Below are positions 9,422-19,014 of a stretch of DNA of 64,000 nt, one piece after another. A model generated the notes under the pieces. The model had not been told where the DNA came from and searched no databases. It saw nothing but the letters and a program-made list of their open reading frames with translations. How positions within the stretch are numbered: the stretch's first letter is position 1; each line of letters starts with the position of its first letter. Position numbers and translations under genes: made by a program. The stretch spans positions 544,001 to 608,000 of the forward strand of contig OY776562.1 of assembly GCA_963675785.1 (NCBI GenBank), read 5' to 3'. The stretch is from Anaerolineae bacterium. GTDB taxonomy: Bacteria; Chloroflexota; Anaerolineae; UBA1429.

Positions 9422-12199
9422 TCAGGCAGCCTCTTGCGCCGGTTCAACTCTTTTTCGATTCTTGAAGAACTTGAACGTCTCAACTGAGATAAAGATGATG
9501 AGGCTGAGCGCAAGAGAAACGCCAAATTGCTCCAGCGTGAGGGCTGTTGTGTGAAAGAGGTTCTGCAGGAATGGGACATAGATGACGGCTAGCTGGACAA
9601 GAAAGCCAGAGATGACGGCCAGAACCATGGAGGGATTGCTAAAGAGTCCAAGCTGCCCCAGCGTCTTGGTTTCTGAGCGAACGGCTAGTGCGTTACCAAG
9701 CTGGGAGAGGCAAAGCGTGGTGAACACCATGGTCTGTGCTATAGCGTGGTTTTGATCGCTCAAGACGTTATAGCCCAAGTGTAGGGCCAACATGCATACC
9801 GAACCCAACAGGAGGCCGATGACAATAATATACGTGCCGAGCCCGCGCGCCATCACACTTTCATCCGGCTTGTGGGGTGGGCGATCCATAACGTCGGCTG
9901 ATGTAGGTTCAACGCCCAAAGCCAGGGCAGGCAAGCCGTCGGTGATTAGGTTGATCCACAATAGCTGCAGAGCCGTAAGGGGTATACCAAAGCCTAGCAG
10001 CGGCGCCATCATCATGATAAATATTTCGCCAACGTTAGAGGAAATGATATAGCGCACAAAGCGGCGGATGTTCTCATAGATGGTGCGGCCTTCTTCGATG
10101 GCATTGACGATGGTAGCAAAGTTGTCGTCCAGCAAAACCATATCGGCAGCTTCTTTGCTCACATCGGTGCCGGTGATGCCCATGGCAATGCCAATATCAG
10201 CACGCTTGAGGGCGGGTGCATCATTCACGCCGTCGCCCGTCATCGCCACAAAGTGGCCCTTGTCTTTCAATGCTTCGACAAGTTTGACCTTGTGTTCGGG
10301 GCTGACGCGTGCGTACACAGAAACATGCTCAACAATGGATTCGAGTTCTTCAACGCTCATCTCAGAGAGTTGTACGCCGGTAATGACTTGCTGTGTGTCA
10401 TCTCCCGAGAGGATGCCGAGCTGTTTGGCAATATGCAGCGCCGTAAAGGGATGGTCGCCGGTGATCATTACCGGTCGAATGCCGGCTCTCTTGCATTCAA
10501 CTACAGCTTCTTTTACCTCGGGGCGCGGCGGATCGATCATGCCGGTCATGCCGACAAAGATCAGATTGCGTTCTAGTGTTTCTTCGCTTTGTTCCTTGGG
10601 GAGTTCATCGAGGGGCGCAAAGGCCGCACCAAGGACGCGCATACCATCTTTGGCCAGATTGTCGTTGGCCACTTCAATGCGCCATCCCCATTCTTTTGTC
10701 AGTGGTTCGATGGAGCCGTTAGCCCAAACGCGATCACACACGGACAAAAGTTCAGTAACAGATCCCTTGGCAAAGGCGACATAGGGCGCCCGCGGAAAAA
10801 GCTCAACCAGGCCTGCGGCTGCGCCGTCGCTGTTTTCAGCGGGGGGCAGCTTGTGCACCGTGGTCATGCGTTTGCGTTCAGAGGTAAAAGGCACTTCGGC
10901 TACGCGCGGCATTTGCTTTTCAATGCCAGTTTTATCAAGACCGATAGATGCTGCGGCTACAACAAGCGCTCCCTCGGTTGGGTCGCCGATGGCGATATAT
11001 CTATCGCCATCTCCATTCTCATCCAGTTCTAGGCGGGCATCGTTGCAGAGTGAAGCTGCGCCCAGCAAGAGTGCGAAATCAGATTCGGCGATGATTTTGC
11101 CGATGCCGTTGACCCGAATGGATGGCTGTGACTTTTTCAGAAGCTGATCAAAGGAGATCGAATCACCAGCGATATCCAGTGCGGTCACGGTCATGCGGTT
11201 CTGGGTAAGCGTGCCGGTTTTGTCAGAACAGATAGTGGTGACGGACCCCAGTGTCTCAACGGCTGGCAGTTTGCGGATGAGCGCCTGTCGGCGAACCATG
11301 CGCTGAGCGCCGAGCGCCAGGGCAATGGTAACCACTGCGGGGAGACCCTCGGGCACTGCGGCAACAGCCAGGCTAATAGCTGTGAGTAGCATTTCTTCGA
11401 CGGGATTGCCTTGTAAAAGGCCCTCGAGGAAGACAAGCGCACAAATGGCTAATGCGCCAATGGCCAGCCATTTGCCGAGTTCGGCCATACGTTTTTGCAG
11501 GGGAGTACGCTCTCCGGTAACCTCTTGGAGCATGGTGGCAATGTTGCCCAGCTCTGTGCTCATGCCCGTTTCGACGATCACCGCCTGCCCGCGCCCGTAG
11601 ACGATGGTAGTTCCAGCATAGACGAGATTAGTGCGATCGCCCAGAGCGGCACCTTCATCTTCGACTTTGGCGATGCTCTTATCTACCGGTACAGACTCGC
11701 CGGTAAGGGCTGCCTCTTCGGCGCGAAGGTTGGCAGATTCGATCAGACGTGCATCAGCGGGAACGCGCAGCCCGGCTTCCAGGATGACGATATCGCCGGG
11801 GACCAAAGAGATGGACTCTATTTCTTGCAGTTTACCGTCGCGAAAGGCGTGAACGCGAGGCACAGCCAAACGCTGCAGCGCCTCCATGGCCCGTTCAGCG
11901 CGATATTCTTGTGTGAATCCCAGTATTGCGTTGAGGATGACAATGATGAGAATCATAATAGCATCGGCCATTTCGCCCACGGCGAACGAAATTGCTGCTG
12001 CTATCAACAGCACAATGACCATGATCTCGGTGAATTGGGAAAGGAAGATGAGAACAGGACTCTTGCCCTTTTTGCGTTCGAGTTCGTTGGGGCCAAACTT
12101 GGCGAGCCGTTCAATCGCTTGCTGTGTGGAGAGTCCTACAGGGCTCGTATCTAGCTCTCTTAGGGTTGCCTCTACAGACTTGGTGTGCCACGTAGACAT
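9422..12199 (-). CDS. P-type (IIA-like) cation-transporting ATPase, probably Ca2+
   Basis: TGES, PEGL, DKTGT, GDPTE, TGDH, GDGVND; TM motifs SSNVGE and INLITDGLP. Confidence 0.92.
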   Translation of the reverse strand: MSTWHTKSVEATLRELDTSPVGLSTQQAIERLAKFGPNELERKKGKSPVLIFLSQFTEIMVIVLLIAAAISFAVGEMADAIMILIIVILNAILGFTQEYRAERAMEALQRLAVPRVHAFRDGKLQEIESISLVPGDIVILEAGLRVPADARLIESANLRAEEAALTGESVPVDKSIAKVEDEGAALGDRTNLVYAGTTIVYGRGQAVIVETGMSTELGNIATMLQEVTGERTPLQKRMAELGKWLAIGALAICALVFLEGLLQGNPVEEMLLTAISLAVAAVPEGLPAVVTIALALGAQRMVRRQALIRKLPAVETLGSVTTICSDKTGTLTQNRMTVTALDIAGDSISFDQLLKKSQPSIRVNGIGKIIAESDFALLLGAASLCNDARLELDENGDGDRYIAIGDPTEGALVVAAASIGLDKTGIEKQMPRVAEVPFTSERKRMTTVHKLPPAENSDGAAAGLVELFPRAPYVAFAKGSVTELLSVCDRVWANGSIEPLTKEWGWRIEVANDNLAKDGMRVLGAAFAPLDELPKEQSEETLERNLIFVGMTGMIDPPRPEVKEAVVECKRAGIRPVMITGDHPFTALHIAKQLGILSGDDTQQVITGVQLSEMSVEELESIVEHVSVYARVSPEHKVKLVEALKDKGHFVAMTGDGVNDAPALKRADIGIAMGITGTDVSKEAADMVLLDDNFATIVNAIEEGRTIYENIRRFVRYIISSNVGEIFIMMMAPLLGFGIPLTALQLLWINLITDGLPALALGVEPTSADVMDRPPHKPDESVMARGLGTYIIVIGLLLGSVCMLALHLGYNVLSDQNHAIAQTMVFTTLCLSQLGNALAVRSETKTLGQLGLFSNPSMVLAVISGFLVQLAVIYVPFLQNLFHTTALTLEQFGVSLALSLIIFISVETFKFFKNRKRVEPAQEAA

Positions 12200-12351
12200 C
12201 AGTCAAACCTGCGCTTTCATTGGGGGCGATAGGGAGCAACTATTGCCAGCTTGCTATAGATAATAAAAACATACAATACGACGGCCTTGTGTGCAAATCA
12301 TAAATCAACCAGTAATTTTCCACATGCAGGTTCGTATCAAGCAAGTAGTTT

Positions 12352-12379
12352 AGAGTCGCTTGTTCATACAAGCGACTCT
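12352..12379. terminator. 12-bp perfect hairpin downstream of the methyltransferase gene
   Basis: AGAGTCGCTTGT-TCAT-ACAAGCGACTCT; the U-tract is weak. Confidence 0.5.
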
Positions 12380-12396
12380 GATGGCACAGCGAATGG

Positions 12397-13236
12397 TTAT
12401 TTATGGGCAAGGGTACAGATGGCAAGGTTGTCGTCGCTATAGCTCTGGCCCGCGATATTTCCCCAAAAGCTCGGGTTCTTAAAACCAGCACGTTCGAGGT
12501 CGGCTTGGAGTTCCTGAGTAGTAAAGCCATGATTCCAGATGTTATAGCACCTGACAGACTCTGCTTCGACGATTACATACTGTTGAACAATGGTTTCACT
12601 GCCAGTATATCTGTAGAACGAATAGAGGCAGGCATGAGGATTGGGACTCCAATAGCCGCCATTGCTATAGCTCCAGTTTGAGATTTCAGCATAGTCCTCG
12701 AATTGTTTGGGAGTGCAGACGTCAAAGATGAGTACCCCATTTGGTTTGAGGGCCTTGTGGATTTTACCAAGCAGGTTTTCTCTGTCCTGCTCGCTCAATA
12801 CCCCGAAATCACAATAGATTAGTGTGACCACATCGAATTCCTGGTCATAATCCATGTCGAGATAGTTTTGGCAAAGGTAGGTGATGGGCAACTCTTTTTC
12901 TTGAGCACTCTGTTTGGCGTAATCAATCGAACGTAGTGACATATCTATGCCAGTTACATCAAAGCCCTCCTCAGCAAAAAACTCTGCATAAATGCCGGGG
13001 CCACAACCTAGATCAAGCAGCCTGGGGCGCTGAATGGGGTTTGCCATGCTGGCGATCCAGCTGGCAGATTCATGGACAAAGGCCAGTTTTCTTGTGGCAG
13101 ATTCTAGATTGGGATCCAAGTGTGCTTTCAGCATCCCTTTGGAGATGTGCTCGTCATCCCAGAACTTGGCACTGCTTGGTGCATAGAGTTCTGGCTTTTG
13201 GCTCAAGAACTGCAAGAGTTTTCGGTTCGTCATCAT
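12397..13236 (-). CDS. Class I SAM-dependent methyltransferase
   Basis: FWDDEHISKGML.AHL, LLDLGCGPG, GIDMS, IYCDFGVL; AGGA RBS before ATG 13236/13233. The region looks more AT-rich than its flanks. Confidence 0.88.
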   Translation of the reverse strand: MMTNRKLLQFLSQKPELYAPSSAKFWDDEHISKGMLKAHLDPNLESATRKLAFVHESASWIASMANPIQRPRLLDLGCGPGIYAEFFAEEGFDVTGIDMSLRSIDYAKQSAQEKELPITYLCQNYLDMDYDQEFDVVTLIYCDFGVLSEQDRENLLGKIHKALKPNGVLIFDVCTPKQFEDYAEISNWSYSNGGYWSPNPHACLYSFYRYTGSETIVQQYVIVEAESVRCYNIWNHGFTTQELQADLERAGFKNPSFWGNIAGQSYSDDNLAICTLAHK

Positions 13237-13522
13237 TTGTTTTTCCTGTCTCTGTATTGCCTTGGCACCAAGGCAATAAAAAAGCTGTGGAATATTCCAC
13301 AGCTTGATCGCTGGAGCGCGAAAAGTGCGGAATGTGACCAAAAAACACAATTGCACGAAAAGACCGCCAAGCGACGGCTGGACTTTGCGTTGAATTATGT
13401 TTTCTAATCAGTTCCACAGCACACGCACATTACTGATTGTGTAATGTCAAGTGAGTCGGATTGCGTTACTCCTCATTGCTAACAATATAGGCGACTATAG
13501 AGATAGCGCTCGCTTTTGTCAA
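13237..13522 (-). promoter_or_regulatory. Sigma70 promoter plus long attenuator-like 5' leader
   Basis: TTGACA(13522-13517)-N17-TATAGT(13499-13494); uORFs 13476..13447 and 13430..13404; terminator hairpin 13305..13282 with U-tract; second hairpin 13278..13255. Confidence 0.65.
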
Positions 13523-13681
13523 TAGCCCAAGCGGCAACAGGCGCAGTAGTAGGTTATTTGTAGTGCGAGCATGGCTTTTTACCGAGAGGAGCAGGTCTTG
13601 ACGATGTGCTATGCGAGACCTAGAATGATGACCATTGTGTGGTTACATACCCAGCGATGTGATACTGGAGGACATAGTTTC

Positions 13682-14653
13682 ATGAAGCGTATAGCAGTGT
13701 TAACCAGCGGCGGCGATGCCCCCGGAATGAACGCAGCCATTCGTGCTGTGGTTCGAACGGGCCTGGATCAGGGTTATGAGGTTTATGGCGTGAGCCACGG
13801 TTACCAAGGATTGATCGACGATGATATGAATTTTCTCTCACGTCGGGATGTGGGCGGCATTATGCAGTTGGGAGGTACAGTGCTCGGTAGTGCCCGCTGC
13901 CTGGAATTTGAGACTGTTGAGGGACGCAAAAAGGCCATCGCTAATCTTGAAGCGCGCGGCATTGAGGCGTTGGTGGTGATTGGCGGCAACGGTAGTCAGA
14001 CGGGTTCGCACGCACTGTATACTACGGGTTTCCCCGTCGTAGGTGTGGCCTCGACGATTGATAATGACCTCGAAGGCACCGATGTTACCATTGGTGTGGA
14101 TACAGCTATCAACGTTGCTCTGGAAGCCATTGACCGGCTCAAGGTAACAGCTGCCTCACACCGCCGGGCCTTTTTGATCGAGGTGATGGGCCGCCGTTGT
14201 GGTTACGTAGCGCTCAAGGCGGGTATTGCTGGTGGGGCCGAAGTTGTCGTCATTCCCGAACGCGAGATTTCGCCGGAAGAAGTGGCACGTCAGCTTCGCG
14301 ATGCTTATGATCGAGGCAAGACCCATGCCATGGTGGTGGTAGCAGAGGGTGCAGTGAACAATGCCCAGGCCCTGATAGACCATTTCGAGAAAAATCAAGA
14401 GGCAACGGGCTTTCGCCTTCGAGCAACGATCCTGGGACACGTGCAGCGCGGCGCAGCTCCTACGGCCGCTGACAGAATGTTGGGCACGAGGCTGGGCGAG
14501 GGAGCTGTGCTCGCTTTGACCCGCGGTGAAGAAGACGTGTTGACAGGTTTGCGCGGCAATGAGGTTGTGACAACGCCGCTGATTGAAGTGGCCGGCAAGC
14601 AAAAGCCAATTGATTTGGAATTGTTTGAGCTCGCGCGAATTATGGCTCAATAA
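13682..14653 (+). CDS. pfkA: ATP-dependent 6-phosphofructokinase
   Basis: MKRIAVLTSGGDAPGMNAAIR, GGTVLGSAR, TIDND, EVMGR, LGHVQRG; GGAGG RBS before ATG 13682. Confidence 0.95.
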   Translation: MKRIAVLTSGGDAPGMNAAIRAVVRTGLDQGYEVYGVSHGYQGLIDDDMNFLSRRDVGGIMQLGGTVLGSARCLEFETVEGRKKAIANLEARGIEALVVIGGNGSQTGSHALYTTGFPVVGVASTIDNDLEGTDVTIGVDTAINVALEAIDRLKVTAASHRRAFLIEVMGRRCGYVALKAGIAGGAEVVVIPEREISPEEVARQLRDAYDRGKTHAMVVVAEGAVNNAQALIDHFEKNQEATGFRLRATILGHVQRGAAPTAADRMLGTRLGEGAVLALTRGEEDVLTGLRGNEVVTTPLIEVAGKQKPIDLELFELARIMAQ

Positions 14654-14705
14654 TCTGTTTGCGAGACGGGGCTTGTTCCGCGGGATGAGTCTTATGACGC
14701 GTATG

Positions 14706-14736
14706 ATCCCCGGCCGTAGGGTCGGGGATTTTCTTT
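14706..14736 (+). terminator. Intrinsic terminator after pfkA, immediately before the rnhA RBS
   Basis: ATCCCCGGCC-GTAG-GGTCGGGGAT followed by TTTCTTT. Confidence 0.7.
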
Positions 14737-14748
14737 AGAAAGGTTACT

Positions 14749-15702
14749 ATGCGCATTGGGAATCGACCCCATGTGGTGGTCTATACGGATGGCGGCTGTG
14801 ATCCTAACCCTGGTCCTGGCGGTTGGGGTGCTGTATTGGTCTACAAACTCAAGACTCATGAATTGAGTGGAGCCGAGAGGGTTACAACAAACAACCGTAT
14901 GGAGCTGACAGCTGCCATCAAGGCACTTGAAACGCTGACCAAATCGTGCGATGTGCTGCTGATGACCGACTCGCAATATTTGCGGCGCGGCATTACCGAG
15001 TGGCTGAATGACTGGGTGGCCCACGGTTGGCGGAAAAAGGATGGACAGCCAGTTGAGAATATCGACTTGTGGAAGATGCTCGTCAAAGAGGCCTCTCGCC
15101 ACACTGTCGAATGGCGCTGGGTCAAGGGGCATCGTGGGGATGTGCTCAACGAACGGGCGGATCAACTGGCCACGGCCGCACGACAGAATCTGCTATCTGG
15201 CCAGGCATCTACGGTCATTCCGGCGGAAAGGAAACCCACCGAATCGTCAAGGCTAAAAGGGATGCCCCAGATTACTCTCGTTGCTCGTGGATGTGCTCTC
15301 GGAGTGCCGGGACCTGCTGGCTATGCCTGTGTGGTCAAAGAGGGCAAAAAACAAGAGTTGATGGCAGGCCATTGGCCTACTGCCTCGTCCAATCTGATGG
15401 AACTGTGGGCTGTTATCAAGGGACTTCAATCACTGCAAGCGATTTCTCAGGTGACGATCTACTCTGGGTCCAAATACGTATTAAATGGCGCACAGAAATG
15501 GCTCAGTGGCTGGGAGAGCAACGGCTGGCGCACAAGCAGCGGCAAACCAGTCAGCAACAAAGAAACTTGGCTAGAGCTCATTCGTGCTATGGGCGATCAT
15601 GACATTACTTGGCGCCAACTCGATGACACCATACTCGATCTGTCGCGCGAGGCTGCAAGTCGCGCTCGGCAAGAAGCTGAGAGCGCACGAGACCAAACTT
15701 AG
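14749..15702 (+). CDS. rnhA: Ribonuclease HI with a second, degenerate RNase H domain
   Basis: [39 protein letters not shown]; second paralogous domain from about nt 15262. Confidence 0.9.
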   Translation: MRIGNRPHVVVYTDGGCDPNPGPGGWGAVLVYKLKTHELSGAERVTTNNRMELTAAIKALETLTKSCDVLLMTDSQYLRRGITEWLNDWVAHGWRKKDGQPVENIDLWKMLVKEASRHTVEWRWVKGHRGDVLNERADQLATAARQNLLSGQASTVIPAERKPTESSRLKGMPQITLVARGCALGVPGPAGYACVVKEGKKQELMAGHWPTASSNLMELWAVIKGLQSLQAISQVTIYSGSKYVLNGAQKWLSGWESNGWRTSSGKPVSNKETWLELIRAMGDHDITWRQLDDTILDLSREAASRARQEAESARDQT

Positions 15703-18311
15703 AGCTTGTCGAGAGCTTGACGGCCGCTGCGCAAGTGGCGAAGCGCATCCTCTGAAAACGGTGTGCCCAGAGCAGTGTCCATCGAACGTTGGGCACTGTT
15801 AATGAGTGCTTGAATACGCGCTGCTTCGTCGAGGCGTTGCTCGGTTCGGGCGGTGGCTTCCTGCCGATGGGCGTGGGCCATCATTTTCTCCAGTGCTAGG
15901 CGCTCGGTGTTGAGTCGGCGAAGAGCACTCTGCAGATGCTGCACAACAGTCGCAAAGGACTGTTCGGCGCGTCGGGCGGCGCTGTTAGCGCGCTGCAAAT
16001 ACTCGCGGGCTTCGGTAAGGGTGCTCGCTCCCGCGCTCTGAGATTCCAACTGCTGTGCGTCTCCCCAGGTATCTCGCGCCAGAGTATCATCGGCTTCTTG
16101 CAAATGCCAGGCGGACTCTGCGGTGAGTGAGACAATTGTCTCTTGATGGGCCTCTATAGCGCTTTTCAGGCTTAGATATTCCCTCGATAGTGTGTCAAGC
16201 GTTTTGCGATCTTGCTCAATCTGGTCGACAGCACGTTCTAGCCGCCGATATAGCGCCTCAGCCTGAATGCTCACTAATTCGCGGAGCTCTCGCGGGCTAT
16301 CCTCGTTAGAATCAACCGCTGTGCGCCAAATACTCAGGTCCATTTCTAGCTGGCCCAAATCTTCCTCGGGATCGGGAGTTTTCCCCGGTTCGAGCCGCTG
16401 TAGCTTTGCCCAGAGCTTGTCAATTCGGCGAATTGCCTCACGCTGTGCCTGGCGATAGCGTTTGACAGAGTCCTGGTGGTCGTGCAGCAGGGCTTGCGCC
16501 TGCTCTTTGACCGCGGGCAACCACTCGGTGAGTGCCTGCTCGAATTGGATTTGCCCCGTATCGCGGTATGACTGGGCTTCGCTCTCGTAATTGGCGACAA
16601 ACAGATCAAAGCGCTGCCGCAATTCAGGCAGCATGGTGTCGGCGGCTTGCCTGAGGGTCGGGATGGTATCTTGATCGAGTTTGACGAGGGCCGTCGATAG
16701 TTCGCGTTCTTGTTTTTTGACGGTTGTAGCGGTCTCGGCCAGCTCGGAGATGATCGCGTCTCCCTGATCTTTGGAGGCGACTGCCTGCTCAAGGGTGGTG
16801 AGAGCCTCATCCAACTCTTCTTGCGTAAAGCGTAGCCCCGTCTGTTCCTCATCGGGTATGTTGCCGACGAGTTTGCGTGCCGTATCCAGTTTTAGCATGG
16901 CCTCACGTGCTTCTCCGGCAACCTGGCTCCAATACTGTGGGTAATTCTGCAATTCCCCCGCCAACGTCTCCAAACGCTCCCGCGAGGTGGAGTAACTCTC
17001 CTCGGAAAGCTGCTCCAGGGCTTGGCGCGCCCGTTTTATCCGGGTGACATCAACTTGAAGGCCGCGATTGGCTTCATCGATCAATTGCTGGCTTTGGTTG
17101 CCAACTTTTAGCGCTTCTTCTAGTGCTTCTCGAGTTCCTCGCAGGCGCAACTCTACAGCCTGTTTGTACAATTCGCGGGCCTGCTGCACGGTTTCGGTTG
17201 TTTTAGTAGCTACAAGGCCATTTTGCGCCTGAGCTGAAACGCGCAGGGCGTCCAGCGCTTCGATTTCGGGAACCAGATTATCAATGGTGGACTGCGAGGC
17301 GCGCATCAAATGCCCATAGCCATCGAGCTGGGTCATCAACGAATCAATGCGGCTATCCAAGCCAATGGCCTCGGCAGTTTGAGTTCTAAGGACCGAGAGT
17401 GTGACTTGGCCAGTTTGAGCGAGCTCATCGATCTGTGGCTTGAGGTCATGGAGTTGTCGATCGATATCACTATCGGTGGCGCCGCGTTCTTTGAGGGTCG
17501 CCCATCTTTCGACAGCCAGCGTGTAGGATGATTGTACCCGGCGCGCCGTACCGCGAGCTTTTTGCTGCGCCTCGGAAGCTTCTGAGACAGCTTTATCAAC
17601 CTGCACAAGGGCTTGGCGTGTATCGGCGATGGTGATGTCGACATCCTGGCTGAGCTCTGGTGTTAGGTTTTTGTTTGCCAGTTTGTCGAGTGCTTTTTCG
17701 ATTGAATCCTGCAGCGCATCGAGTTTCGCACTCGTCTCTTCAAGCCCTTGAATGCCTTCGGCCTGCATTTCTTCGGTAAGCACGCCCAGCCGGCGAATCT
17801 CGGCACGCAGGTCGTTGAGTTCATTGCGAAGCTGCTCGGGGATATGCAGCAGGGCTTGTTCACTAGTGCGGAGCGTTTCGGCAGCAGCTTGAGCGGCCTC
17901 AATGCAGCCCCAGTTCTCGTTGAGCGTACGCTGCGAGCGCAGTACGTCGACCAATGCACGTGGCCCGCGAAGCAGTGTGGCATCGATGGGGCTCAGCACG
18001 ATTGGCTGACCATCGTCGTTGAGTTCGGCAAGATTCGATGCCGTGCCTAACGCATCTCGCAGGGCATCCAGTGAATGAATGGCCTGTTTATCGGGAACAG
18101 CAAAACGTCCGATACGAGGCTCTGATGGCCAGAGGCGGTTGTGCCGGTCGAGGAGTGTGAATAGAACTTGCTTTTGAGTGCGCAGGTTGTCGTACGAACG
18201 GTTTGAAGACTCGGTGCGCCATTGCAAAAAGGAGAGCAAAAACCACGAGCCGAACGCCGTCAACAGGTAGATGCTGACGAACCCTACGATTAATCTGGGA
18301 ATCCAGCTCAC
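15699..18311 (-). CDS. Single-TM, ~870-aa all-helical coiled-coil protein (EzrA-like architecture)
   Basis: AAGGAGG RBS before GTG 18311, N-terminal TM, then Ala/Leu/Glu/Gln/Arg-rich helices with no enzymatic motif. Confidence 0.75.
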   Translation of the reverse strand: MSWIPRLIVGFVSIYLLTAFGSWFLLSFLQWRTESSNRSYDNLRTQKQVLFTLLDRHNRLWPSEPRIGRFAVPDKQAIHSLDALRDALGTASNLAELNDDGQPIVLSPIDATLLRGPRALVDVLRSQRTLNENWGCIEAAQAAAETLRTSEQALLHIPEQLRNELNDLRAEIRRLGVLTEEMQAEGIQGLEETSAKLDALQDSIEKALDKLANKNLTPELSQDVDITIADTRQALVQVDKAVSEASEAQQKARGTARRVQSSYTLAVERWATLKERGATDSDIDRQLHDLKPQIDELAQTGQVTLSVLRTQTAEAIGLDSRIDSLMTQLDGYGHLMRASQSTIDNLVPEIEALDALRVSAQAQNGLVATKTTETVQQARELYKQAVELRLRGTREALEEALKVGNQSQQLIDEANRGLQVDVTRIKRARQALEQLSEESYSTSRERLETLAGELQNYPQYWSQVAGEAREAMLKLDTARKLVGNIPDEEQTGLRFTQEELDEALTTLEQAVASKDQGDAIISELAETATTVKKQERELSTALVKLDQDTIPTLRQAADTMLPELRQRFDLFVANYESEAQSYRDTGQIQFEQALTEWLPAVKEQAQALLHDHQDSVKRYRQAQREAIRRIDKLWAKLQRLEPGKTPDPEEDLGQLEMDLSIWRTAVDSNEDSPRELRELVSIQAEALYRRLERAVDQIEQDRKTLDTLSREYLSLKSAIEAHQETIVSLTAESAWHLQEADDTLARDTWGDAQQLESQSAGASTLTEAREYLQRANSAARRAEQSFATVVQHLQSALRRLNTERLALEKMMAHAHRQEATARTEQRLDEAARIQALINSAQRSMDTALGTPFSEDALRHLRSGRQALDKL

Positions 18312-18378
18312 GAGTTCCTCCTTGCCATAACATGTCCTTATCGAGTCTACGCGTTGTTGAGGCCCTGTGTCAAGACAA

Positions 18379-18424
18379 GAACGCCGGAGCAAAAGCTACC
18401 GGCGTTCAGAAGACAAACAAAAAG
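18379..18424 (-). terminator. Hairpin after the ANTAR regulator
   Basis: On the minus strand GAACGCCGG-tagcttttgct-CCGGCGTTC followed by a T-rich run. A TTGACA..TAGACT promoter-like element follows for the next gene. Confidence 0.5.
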
Positions 18425-18429
18425 AGGAA

Positions 18430-19011
18430 CTAGGCGCCCACTTCGTGAGTCAGGATGATCGCCTGAGCGATCTCTTTCATCGATTTACGGGTATTCATGG
18501 ACATCTTCTGGATGCGTCGGAAAGCCTCAGACTCTGAGAGCGACTGGGTATCCATGAGGATTCCCTTGGCCCGGTCAACAAGTTTGCGTGTTTCTAGCTG
18601 CTCGGCAAGGTCGTCCACTTCCTTTTCGAGTTCGCGGAACTCGGCAAAGCGAGATAGTGCGATTTCGATGGCGGGTGCGAGATCGGCTTCTTGTACAGGT
18701 TTGACCAAATAACCTACAACGCCGGCCTCTTTGGCGCGGTCGATGAGTTCTCTCTGGCTAAAGGCTGTCAGCAAAACCACAGGTGCGATGCGCTCCTCGG
18801 TGAGGATTCGTGCGGCTTCAATGCCATCCATATCAGGCATACGCACATCCATGATGACAACCTCGGGGCGCAGCTCTCTAGCGAGGTTGACGGCGCTTTT
18901 CCCATCTCCTGCTTCGCCGACAACCAGGTAACCCAGGTTGTTCAGCATTTCTCGCAGATCCATGCAAATGACAGATTCATCATCTGCGATGACGATTCGA
19001 ATGCGTTCCAT
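18430..19011 (-). CDS. REC-ANTAR response regulator (PdtaR-like)
   Basis: IADDE, MDVRMP, YLVKP receiver motifs plus the ANTAR motif LETRKLVDRAKGILM...EAFRRIQKMSM. Confidence 0.92.
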   Translation of the reverse strand: MERIRIVIADDESVICMDLREMLNNLGYLVVGEAGDGKSAVNLARELRPEVVIMDVRMPDMDGIEAARILTEERIAPVVLLTAFSQRELIDRAKEAGVVGYLVKPVQEADLAPAIEIALSRFAEFRELEKEVDDLAEQLETRKLVDRAKGILMDTQSLSESEAFRRIQKMSMNTRKSMKEIAQAIILTHEVGA

Positions 19012-19014
19012 GTT

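Noticed and set aside
12200-12350. yybP-ykoY (Mn2+) or M-box riboswitch upstream of the P-type ATPase
   Set aside because: I could not find the conserved riboswitch core sequences; an Rfam scan would be decisive.
18312-18429. ANTAR target dual-hairpin RNA next to the PdtaR-like gene
   Set aside because: Only a single terminator-like hairpin and a promoter-like element; no paired hexaloop stems.
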